The notes below the pieces were generated by a model. That model saw only the letters and a program-made list of their open reading frames with translations, was not told where the DNA came from and did no database searches. A program made the translations under genes and the position numbers. Shown in pieces: positions 27,416-38,157 of a stretch of 64,000 nt of DNA. How positions within the stretch are numbered: the stretch's first letter is position 1; each line of letters begins with the position of its first letter. Source of the DNA: the human T2T-CHM13v2.0 reference genome, Homo sapiens; assembly GCA_009914755.4 (NCBI GenBank), contig CP086569.2, positions 2,784,001 to 2,848,000 of the forward strand. The letters run 5' to 3'.

Positions 27416-29974
27416 AACTTGATTTAAGTTGAATATCTATCAGTATTTTTTATTTACTTTTGTATTACTCTATTGCTTGAATATATTGTATATTTTCCAT
27501 CTAATTCTCTTGTTGATGGATGTGTTGATTGTTAAAGTTATAGCCATTATTTTTTATAGCTATTATAATTTTTGCTCAAGTGACAAGTGGTTTTGTGGAC
27601 ACATTTTTGTTTCTCTTGATTTAAATCCCTAAAAGTTAAAGTCTAACAGTATAGGCTAGGTTAATATTAAGTTTATAAGAAAATGACAAATCTCTTTTTC
27701 AAATTCATTACGCCGTTACCACCCATCCCCAGCTTTGTGGTATATATGTATTTCATTTGAATTTACCTTTATGAGACAATTGTAACTATGAAAAACATTG
27801 GCAAACTGATCGTGTAAAGTATGACAGCTAGTATAGAATGCATTTATGGCCAAAAAAACCCCAGGGCAATATGAAATTTCCTAGTTAGTGAAAGTGGAAC
27901 CTGAAGGGTGGGTGCTTAGGTTGACAGGAAAAGGGAAGTAGAGAGGAATAAAGAGGTCAGAGTGAGATAGAGAATGAATTAGGAAACACGCACTACTTCA
28001 CCACTGTCCCTGTGTTTTCTATTCCATAGAAATAAATCTATACTTATTTTTCTGAATAAAAATTCTATTGACCTCATTTAGATTATTTTACAACCAAGAG
28101 AAAATGAGAAACACAAGGCAGCAAAATGGTAGGGCTCCTCTCACTACTAAGAAATAACAAATTTATGGCATAACTCTTGACACTGGGAGAAGATAGCAGC
28201 TTCTTGTAGAATTAAAGGAACAGACGTTGAATGAAGAGATATTGCAATTTTAGTCCTACTTCTGCTGTTTATTAGAGTGTGACTTTGTACATGATGCTCA
28301 ATATTTCTGAGCATCTATGATTTCATAAGTTGTATGAGAAAATTATAATGATAACCTCTCTAGCAGATTAGTTTAGGAATTCAAAGAATATTTTTCTCAT
28401 TTGCCTAGCTATTTTGATACATTATGAATATTAATCCTTCTTTCCATGTTTATGGGGGTTATTGCATAATAAGAAATACAACTTCATACATGTATAATCA
28501 AACCACAAGTCAAAAGGGTTGAGGATAGCCTAGATATTGCCTATGACATTTATACTCCTTACAAGACCTCTAGTATATCTTCAATTTTGAACATTGAAAG
28601 AACTAGAAGATATATTGAATTTGTTCATTTTGGCTACTACTTTCTTATTAAGAATTGCCTATTTTCTCACACTTTGAAGATCCTTGAAAAATATGACTTT
28701 TATCACAGTAATTGCACTGAGTTAACCAAAAGTGGTAGTAAGCAATGAAGCCAGCTACTTCACTCATGAGTTGTTCTTTTAGAATATGAGGCTCGTCAAT
28801 CATTTTACCCTGTTTTTATTTATTTCACATCACTTTGAAATTACTCACCTTTACATATTTGTTTATGTTCCATCTTTCCACTCAAATATAAACTCCATAA
28901 TCAGTATCAGATCAGTGTCATATCTATTGTGTTCTCCTTTTCTACCCAGCATTAACATAATGTCTGATGCATATTCTCTGTTTAATATATCTTTCTAATA
29001 AGCAGTCTCTTACTTCTTTAAAGCTTTCTTTTTGCAAACTTTCTCCTCAAGGTACTCTGAAAAGGAAAACCAAGAAGGGCCACTTTAAAATACTTCAAAT
29101 ACTTAATAAACAAGTAAACATTTGTATGATTTCTCAATAAATGTTTTACAGTTAATACTGGATATTTCCTTTCCTTAGGGAGAAAAAATAACAACAAAGT
29201 TATAGACTAATATCCATTTTTCAGTGAGCCTTTGACAGAAAAAAAATGGTCTAAATTTTCAAACTGTTGGGAGAGAGTCAGGGAGTGGCAGTGTTGACAA
29301 AAATGTTAGGTAGGTACAAGAACTGTGAAACAATGCTCTTCTCCAGCTAATGAGTGTTTTATGGCAAAGCCTTCTGGACATAGAGTTTGAAAATCAGCTG
29401 TTATTCTATCAGTGGAGGTAAAGCTTCTATTTTCTGTGACCTTTGATCACTTACTTAATTTTCTCTAAGCTAAAATTATTTTTTTACAGACTCTCAAAAA
29501 GAATGAGAAAACAAAGGGCTTATTTTAGAAAACAATCCTGAGAATAAATCCAAAGTGTTGCCAGTCATTTCGCACATTGATTTTTCTTATGGCAAACACT
29601 TCTTTTTTAGTATAGATTGTTATTTATTCTTTGAGATGTAAAATTCTATGGATCTTATCAAATGCATAATGTCAGATGTCAATCATTTAGGTATCACAAA
29701 GAATACTTCAGATCCCCAACCCAGGCAATCACTGATCAGTTTACCATCTCTGTAGTTTCACCAGTTCCAGAATGTCATATAAATAGGGACATAAAGTGTG
29801 TAGCTTCTTCATACTGCCTTCCTTCACATAGCAATAGTTATGAAAGATCAATCCATGTGTTTGCATGTGTGGATACTTCAATACTTTCTTTATGAATGGT
29901 ATTCCATTGAATGGATGCACCCTAATTTGATTATGGATGCAGCAATGGAAGGACATTTTAACTTTAAGGTTTTT

Positions 29975-30090
29975 TTTTAAACTTTTATTTTAGGCTCAGA
30001 GGTACATATGCAGGTTTATTATATAGGTAAACTGTGAGTCACAGGAGTTTGGTGTACAGATAATTTTATCACTAGGAAAATAAGCATGGT
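29975..30090 (+). mobile_element. Short L1 3-prime UTR fragment (old L1P/L1M type)
   Basis: aacttttattttaggctcagaggtacatatgcaggtttattatataggtaaactgtgagtcacaggagtttggtgtacagataattttatcac. Confidence 0.55.
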
Positions 30091-30620
30091 ACCACCATCT
30101 TTGGGATTATGGCTGAACACCTTTAAGTAAGAATCCCACCCAGGTGGAACAATAGTTGTTGCCTTGGTAATCCTGCTCAGTATGAGAGGAACCACAGATT
30201 CAGACATTTGGTGTATGTGCTTGGCTGAGGAACCAATGGGGCCAAAATGATCTCAGCCTATTCTGGAACTTTAATTGGGGTGATTGACCCAGACTATCAA
30301 GATTAAATCAGTCTACTACTCCACAATAAAGGTAAGGAAGAGTATGCGTGGAATACAGGAGATCTCGTAGGCTGTCTCTTAGTATTACCATGCCTCCTGA
30401 TTAAGTTCAATGGGAAACTACAACAGCCCAATCCAGGCAGGACTACAAATGGCCCAGACCCTTCAGGAATGAAGGTTTGGGTCACTGCAGCAGGTAAAAC
30501 TCCATGACCTGCTGAGGTGCCTGCTAAAGGCAAAGGGAATACAGAATGGATAGTAGAAGGTAGTCATCAATACCTGCTACAACTACATGACCAGCTGCAG
30601 AAATGAGCACTGTAATTGTC
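30090..30620 (+). mobile_element. ERVL-type endogenous retrovirus internal fragment carrying a dUTPase motif remnant
   Basis: Plus frame at about 30278-30304 reads G-V-I-D-P-D-Y-Q, matching dUTPase motif 3 (G.IDsDYrGe); downstream comes PSGMKVWVTAAGK. ERVL-class retroviruses encode a dUTPase in pol. The reading frame is broken by stops. Confidence 0.5.
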
Positions 30621-30894
30621 ATGAGTATTTCCTCCTTATGTTGTTAAGAACATGTTTGTGTTGTATTAAGAAAATATGTTCATTTTATTTCCTTTTATAT
30701 CATGTGACATAAGATTTATTGACTTCATATCAGCATTTAAGTTTTGTTAATGTAATAGCATTTGTGTTGGGGATTGGTTCATTTCTGGTTATACAAAGGA
30801 AAGCTGTATTGTGCTAGGTGTAATTATGACCTTATTATTGTCTTTATTTGGAGATTATATACTATTTCAATAATGTGTATGGTTTTAAGTTGAC

Positions 30895-30960
30895 ATGGGG
30901 CAGATTTGTGATGGTTAATATTGAGTGTCAACTTGACTGGATTGAAGAATGCAAAGTATC
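30895..30960 (+). mobile_element. Short 5-prime fragment of an MST-type MaLR LTR
   Basis: ggttaatattgagtgtcaacttgactggattgaagaatgcaaag is the same start as the LTR at 5655. Confidence 0.45.
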
Positions 30961-30974
30961 GTACCACATTTTCT

Positions 30975-31545
30975 TTTCCAACATACCATTGATTGGCATG
31001 TATGTTGATTCTATGTCTTTACTACTGAGAATAGTGCTACAATGAACATATGTGTGTGTGTGTGTATTTGTGGTAGAATGATTTATACTCCTTTAGGTAT
31101 ACAGCCAATAATGGAATTTCTGGGTCAAATGGTAATTTTGTTTTAAGTTCTTTGAGGAATTTCCACACTGCTTTTCACAATAGCTGAAATAATTTACTGT
31201 CCCACCAGCAGTATATAAGTGTTCCCTTTTCTCCACAACCTCACTGGCAACTGTTATTTTTTGACTTTTCTATAATAGCCATTCTGACTGTTGGGAAATG
31301 GTATCTCATTGTGGTTTTGATTTGTATTACTCTAATGGATAGTGATGTTGAGGATTGTTTCATATGCTGTTGGCTGCATGCATGTCTTCTTTAGAACAGT
31401 GTCTGTTCATGTCTCTTGTTCACTTTTTAATGAGGTTTTTTTTTTGTTTTTGCTTGTAAATTTGTTTAAGTTTCTTATAGATTCTGTATATTAGACTTTT
31501 GTCAGAGGCATAGTTTGCAGATTTTCAGCATTCTTAAAAAATTCA
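30975..31545 (-). mobile_element. L1 ORF2 C-terminal region in antisense orientation
   Basis: gagaatagtgctacaatgaacat...cagccaataatggaatttctgggtcaaatggtaattttgttttaagttctttgaggaatttccacactgcttttcacaatagctgaaataatttactgtcccaccagcagtatataagtgttcccttttctccacaacctcactggcaactgttatttt is the reverse complement of the L1 region that encodes ..IPLLGIYPK... Confidence 0.75.
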
Positions 31546-31554
31546 ACCAAAAAT

Positions 31555-33228
31555 TTTATATTCAGCCAATATGTTTCATAAGTGAAGGAGAAATAGAGTC
31601 CTTTTCAGACAAGTAAATGCTCAGGAAATTTATTACCTCCAGACCTGTCTTACAAGAGTTCCTGAAAAGAGTGCTAAACATGGAAAGGAAAGACCATTAC
31701 TAGCCAAAAACACACTTAACTATACAGACCAGTAACACTATAAAGCAACCAAACAAGTCTGCCCAATAACCAGTTAACAACACAATGACAGAATCAAACT
31801 TGCATATATTAATACTAACCTTGAATGTAAATTGGCTAAATGTTCTGATTAAAAGGTGCAGAATGGTAAGTTTAATAAAGAAGCAAGATCCAATGGTATG
31901 CTGTCTTCAAGAGATCCATTTCACATGCAGTGACATTTATAGGATCAAAATAAAGAGATGAAGAAAAATCTACCAAGTTAATGGAAAACAGCAAAAAAGA
32001 AGGAGTTGAAATCCTTATCAGTCAACACAGACTTTAAACCAACAATGATCAAAAAAGATAAAGAAGGGCATTACATAATGGTAAAGGGTTCAATTCAACA
32101 AAAAGATCTAACTATCCTAAATATGTATGCACCTAACACAGGAGCACATGGATTCATAAAGCAAGTTCTTTTAGACCTTTAAAGAGACTTAGATTCCAAT
32201 GCAATAATATTGGGAAATGTCAACAACCCACTGACAGTATTAGACAGATCATGGAGGCAGAAAATCAAGAATATTCAGAACCTAAATTCAACCCTTGATC
32301 AAATGGACCTAATATACATCTGCAGAACATTCTGTTGTGGCTTTTTTACTCCCATAATTCAGAAGGCAGGAGTGTTACAGCTCTTTTACTCCCACCATCC
32401 ATAGCTCAGTGAGCAGGAATGTTACAGCTATTTCACTGCCACAATTTGGCAAGTTGCGGATTCTTGTCCCTCAACCAAGAGGAATAAAGTACACAGACAC
32501 TGGAGAGGGGGTAAGGCAGAGTAGAATTTATTAAGTGAAAGAAAAGCTCTTGACAGTGAGAGGGGACCTAAAAGTGGGTAGCCATCTGTGAGGCTGAGTC
32601 CAGGGTTTTTATGGGCTTTCAATGGGAGAATGCATGCTGACTGGTTTAGGGGTGGACTTGGAAAAGGCACTGTTTGATTAGTTAAAATGCATCATTCGGA
32701 AAGAACCAATTGAGGAAGAGTTGATAAGACAGAGATGGAAGTTCTCCCTCTGGAGTGTGGATTCTATCTGGAGCTGGTAGCTTGGTTTTCAGGCTTTAGT
32801 CTGTCCTTGGCTTGAAGGTCAAGTTTCACCAAGGACCCCTCCCTGTCTGCCCAGAAATTTGTCTCTTGCCACTGTCAATTCCACCCCAAAACAACAAAAT
32901 ATACATACTTCTCATCAACACCTGGCACATACTCCAAAACTGACTACAAAAGTGGACGTAAAATAACGCTCAGCAAATTCAAAAAGAATCATACCAACCA
33001 CATTCTTGGACCACAGCACAATAAAAATAGAAATCAATACTAAGAACATCACTCAAAACCATACAATTACATGGAAATTAAACAATCTGCTCTTGAATTG
33101 CTTTTGAGTAAATACTGAAATTAGGCAGTAATCAAGAAATGCTTTCAAATTAATAAGAACAATGATACAATATGCCAGAATCTCTGGGACACAACTAAGG
33201 CAGTGTTAAGAGGGAAGTTCATTGCAAA
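31555..33228 (+). mobile_element. L1 fragment spanning ORF1 C-terminus, inter-ORF region and ORF2 N-terminus (endonuclease), interrupted by a roughly 545 bp insertion
   Basis: ttcagccaatatgtttcataagtgaaggagaaatagag (ISYPAKLSFISEGEIK-type), ctaaacatggaaaggaa, atgacagaatcaaacttgcatatattaatactaaccttgaatgtaaattggctaaat, and the ORF2 start MTGSNSHITILTLNINGLN-type. Then GIQQKDLTILNMYAPNTGAPRFIKQVL, DLIYI (before the insert), and after the insert HTYSKTDYK...HSTIKIEINTK...TWKLNNLLLN. Confidence 0.85.
32333..32877. mobile_element. Nested LTR-like insertion (TG...CA termini) inside the L1 fragment, flanked by an ATTC duplication
   Basis: L1 co-linearity breaks at ...cagaacATTC|tgttgtggc and resumes at ...ccactgtca|ATTCcaccccaaaacaacaaaatatacat. 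The insert begins TG and ends CA, has no poly-A, and the 4 bp ATTC is present on both sides (32329-32332 and 32878-32881). The family is not recognised. Confidence 0.5.
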
Positions 33229-33582
33229 CTTTTACCAAACCTTCTTTGCCAAAATTGAGCTTCCTGTTTTGATTCTTCATCTATGTCAGAACTTACTAAT
33301 TGTTAGCAGCTGGTTTATTCTTCTCTCAAATTATGTCTCATAATTGCTCTATGAGTCAATAAGTGATGCCAATGAGGATGTCAGTTATTTCAATAGATCC
33401 TTATACTCTTCAGATGGTATTTACATAGATGAAGCCAACTAATGGGGGCTATGTTAAGAAGGTGGTGAGAAATCAATGGTGGCATAAATTAATAAAACTT
33501 CTTTGGTTTCAAGAGTAAGTAAGCTTCATTTGCCACAAAATTGACCATTTGCATAATTACATATGCTAGAATAATACTTTAA

Positions 33583-33706
33583 TGATTTTTCACGTGAAGG
33601 AGTTTTTAGCTTTTCATCTGTTTTAACCAAGAGGATACTTTAATGATTTTTCCCATGAAGGAGTTTTTAGCTTTTCATCTGTTTTAACCATCAGGATAAA
33701 AGTACC
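33583..33706. repeat. Local tandem duplication, 2 x about 62 bp
   Basis: ctttaatgatttttc(a/c)c(g/a)tgaaggagtttttagcttttcatctgttttaacca(a/t)(g/c)aggat occurs twice in direct tandem. Confidence 0.85.
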
Positions 33707-34641
33707 AAATACTTTTTCAAAAACTCCCTCAATTTTCTGCAGTCTCTTAGAATGTTTCAGCCATTTTTATCTATCTTTTATTTTGATGAAAAGGGTTCTA
33801 CTGTTACAAAAATAACCTTGCATTTATGCTTAATTTTGTATTTTCTGAGACTTTGAATATTTACTTATCCTTGCTTCTTTTTTCTTCTCCAAACTCTCTT
33901 CATTCCTTCCTCCTCTGTATCTGCTAATTAAATACATCACTGCATCACCTCCAAAAACAAACAAATGCCCCTCTCATTATGTTTTTTAATCCTGAAATGT
34001 AGTTTCTATATCTTCTTTCTTCTATCAACAGATATATCAAAAACCTAAGTTATACATGTTTATTTCAATATTAGAAGTAATATTCATCCATGGGATTCTG
34101 AATTCTTCTTTTATCACAGTTATTCAAATTGCTGCCTCAGAAGTAATGGAGAATATCCTAAATACAAATTCAAAAGCCTATTCTCAGTACTCAACAAAAT
34201 TTAAAACTGGAACATCTTATCCTGATGATCCGCCACTTTTTGAAAATTTTTTCCTCCTTTTCTTTAGTGTCAGTGCACTGTTCTGCTTTTTGTTCTACCT
34301 CAATCTTATTCATGCATTTACTCATCTGTATTCATTCTTACCTTAAATAAAGATGGTTCTTGAAATTCAGCCCCTATGTCTTATTTTGGCTTTTACTACC
34401 AACCAGAGCAATTTAAACCACTATTGAAATTTCAGCTGTCACAATTCTTTGATGTGAAACCACATTTCTAATTCTGACCCCTCTGCTGAGATCCCATCAT
34501 GCATTTTCAATTGCATGTGGATACTTTCATATTCTTGTCTAAATTCCAACATGCCCAAATCCAAATATATACTATTTCTCCCCCAAATTCACAATTTTTA
34601 CATGTGTGTGTCTATAGAACTGAAATTCTTTGGAGAAGATG

Positions 34642-36832
34642 TGTTTGATGGTTTTCACACTGCTGATAAATACATACCCAAGACTGGATAATTTATAAAG
34701 AAAAAGAGGTTTAATGGACTCAGAGTTCCATGTGGCTTGGGAGGCCTCACAATCATGGTAGAAGGTGAAAGGCACATCTTAAATGGTGGCAGACATGAGA
34801 GAATGAGAACCAAGTGAAAGGGGGAACCATTTATAAAAACATCAGCTCTCATGAGACTTATTCAATACCATGAGAACAGTATGGAGGAACCGCCCCTATG
34901 ATTCAATTATTCCTACCAGGTTCCTTCCACAACACGTGCAAGTTATGGGAACTACAATTCAAGATGATATTTGGGTGGGGACACAGCCAAACCATATCAT
35001 TCCACCTCTGGCCCCTCCAAAATTTTATGTCCTCACATTTCAAAATCAATTATGCCTTCCTAACAATCCCCCAAACTCTTAACTCATTTCAGTATTAACT
35101 CAAAAGTCCATAGTCCAAAGTCTTATCTGATATAAGGCAAGTCCCTTCCACCTATGAGCCTATAAAATCGAAAGCAAGTTAGTTACTTCCTAAATACAGT
35201 GGGGGTGCAGTCATTGGACAAATACACCCATTCCAAATGGGAGAAATTGGCCAAAATGAAGGGACTAAAAGCCCCATGCAAGTTTGAAATCCAGTGGGTC
35301 ATTCAAATTTTAAAGCTCCAAAATGATCCCTTTGACTCCATGTCTCACATCCAAGTCACACTGATGCAAGAGGTGGGTTCCTATGGTCTTAGGCAGCTCC
35401 ACTCCTGTGGCTTTGTAGAGCACAGACCCCCTCCTGGCTTCTTTCAAAGGTTGGGGTTGAGTGTCTGTGGCTTTTTCAGGTGCACAGTGCAAGCTGTCAG
35501 TGGATCTACTATTCTGGGATTTGGGGATGGTGGCCCTCTTCTTATAGTTCCATGAGGCAGTGTCCCAGTGGGGACTCTGTGTCAGGGCTTCAACTCCACA
35601 TTTTCCTTACATACTGCCCTAGCAGAGGCTTTCCATGAGGGCCCTGCACCTGCAACAAACTTCTGTCTGGACACCTAGGCATTTTCATAAATTTTCTGAA
35701 ATCTAGGTGGAGATTCCCAAACCTCAATTCTTGACTCCTGTGTACCCACAGGGTCAACACCATGTGGCAGCTACCAAGGGATACAGCTTACACTCTCTGA
35801 AGTCATGGCCCAAGCTGTATCATAGCCCCTTTTAGCCATGGCTAGAGTGGCTGGTACTCAAGGCACCAAGTTCCTAGGCTGCACGAAGCAGGGGGACCTT
35901 GGATCTGGCCCACAAAGCCATTTTTCCCCTAAGCCTCTGGGCCTGTGGAGTTTCCACAATGTTCTCTGACATGCCCTGGAGATATTTTCCCAATTGTCTT
36001 GGTGATGAACATTTGGCTCATCATTACTTATACAAATTTCTGCAGCCAGCTTGAATTTCTACACAAAAAATTGTTTTTTCTTTTCTAGCACATCGTCTGG
36101 CTGCAAATTTTCCAAACTTTTATGCTTTGTTTCAGTTTTGGAACTGAATACTTTTAACAGCACCCAAGTCACCTCTTGATTGCTTTGCTGGTTAGAAATT
36201 TCCTCTGCCTACCTTTACTACAATTTCCAAAAAGGTCCTGATCTCCATCTGAGACCACCTCAGTCTGGATTTTATTGTCCATATTATTATCAGTATTTTG
36301 GCCAAAGCCATTCAACAAGTCTCTAAGAAGTACCAAACTTATCCACTTTTTCCTATCTTCCTATGAGCCCTCCAAACTGTTCCAACCTCTGCATGTTACC
36401 CTGTTTCAAAGTTGCTTCCACATTTTTGGGTATCTTCACAGCAGCACCTCACTCCTGGTACCAATTTACTGTATTAGTCTGCTATCATGCTGCTGATAAA
36501 GACATACCCAAGACTAGGTAAATTATAAAGAAAAACAGGCTCAATGGACTCACAGTTCCACATGGCTGGGATGGCCTCACAATCAGGGTGGAGGGCAAAA
36601 GGCTCATGTTACATGGTGGCAGGCAAGAGAGAATGAGGACCAAATAAAGAGGGTGAAATCCCTTATAAAAACATCAGCTCTCATGAGACTTATTCACTAC
36701 CACAAGAATGGTATGGAGGAAACTGTCCCAATGATTCAATTATCTCCCACTGGTTCCTCCCCATAACACATGGGACTTATGGGAGCTACAATTCACGATG
36801 AGATTTGGGTGGGGACACAGCCAAACTATATC
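34642..36832 (-). mobile_element. Complete ERVL-MaLR element, THE1-type: LTR (34642-34998), internal region (34999-36469), LTR (36470-36832)
   Basis: On the plus strand both LTRs read as the reverse complement of THE1: tgtattagtc...ctgataaagacatacccaagactgg(a/g)taatttataaag...ctcacaatca(t/g)gg...gggaactacaattca(a/c)gatga(t/g)atttgggtggggacacagccaaac(c/t)ata. The internal region is co-linear with the three other MaLR internals in this window. Confidence 0.85.
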
Positions 36833-37822
36833 GGAAGGTTACAATAAGGTATTAAGGGTCTAACTGATATCACACTTATGGTATTTCAATTTTCCCTAGG
36901 GAAAAAAAAATTATGCAATAGGTAATATTATTCTCATTTTACAAATAAGGGATTTGAGGCTTAGAGAAATTTGGTAACTTGCTTTATTTCATATGACATT
37001 AGGCAGCAGATTCAGAGTTTGAAGTCAATTGTGCCCAACCCCAATCATGCTTAAAATCCTGGATTTTTTTTGAGGTTTTCCTTTTTTAGATTCATCTCAT
37101 AAATTCACATTCAACAAATCTTAGGAAATCTAGCTCAAAATAGCTTCTATATTTATACCTCTGTCCCTATTTACATTGTGAGTTACTGCCAATTGCATAT
37201 TCTAGGCCCTTATTATTTCTTACCTTCATTACAACAATGCCCTGCCAACTCCTTTATCTTTTGTAGTCTCTTTACATTTCCAATCACACTTTTTATGATA
37301 ACTAACATATTATAGAACACTCCACTATATAGGTAAATGCACTGCTACAAGTTGCCAGAAAAGGAAAAGCAGAAGATAGCATCACATTTAGGGTTATTCA
37401 TGAGCTTTTTATCAAGCTAACTGTCCAAATTATATATTTTTATTTGTGCTTTTTTTCAACCCATATCCAGCTACTTGCATGACTCCAAATGTGATTTTCC
37501 CCTTTTCAATAATATATATTTGCTCATATATTTTTCTATTTTTAATGCCATTCTCTGTGTTAAAAACTGATACAATTCTAAAAATAGAGTCACGTATATA
37601 TTGCCAGTTAATTTTATACAAAGTTAAGAGCAATTTCATGAAGAATGGACAGTCTTTTAACTAAGTTATGCTTGAAAAATTGGACAATCATATTCAATAA
37701 AAATAAAACAATACAAAATGCAACCTATATAAAAGATGACTCATAATGTTTTATAAACCTATATACAACACTGCAAACTATACAACTTCAAGAATAAAAT
37801 ATAATAGAAAAACTTAGCCTCA

Positions 37823-37915
37823 TTGGGTTACGTATATATATACACATATATATATACATATATATACACATATATATATACATATATATACATATATATA
37901 CATATATATATAATA
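37823..37915. repeat. (TATATACA)n / (TA)n compound microsatellite
   Basis: atatatatacacatatatatatacatatatatacacatatatatatacatatatatacatatatatacatatatatataatat. Confidence 0.95.
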
Positions 37916-38157
37916 TTTTACCAAAAGTACAGTCACAGAAGAATAACACTAGATAAATTGGACATTATGGAAATTAAGAACTTCTGCTCTTCAAAATACA
38001 CTGTTAAGGTAATGAAAAGAAAAATCACACTTTTTCTGGGAGAAAATATTTTAAGACCATATATCTGATAAGAGACATATAACCAGAATGTATAAAGGAC
38101 ATTCAAATCTCAGTAATGTGTAAACAGCAATCCTTCAAAAAAGGACAAAATATATTT

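Noticed and set aside
30019-30207. dUTPase motif-2-like string (ITKATTIVPPGWDS) on the minus strand as part of the same dUTPase as the plus-strand GVIDPDYQ motif
   Set aside because: It is on the opposite strand to motif 3, so it cannot belong to the same reading frame. I treat it as coincidental.
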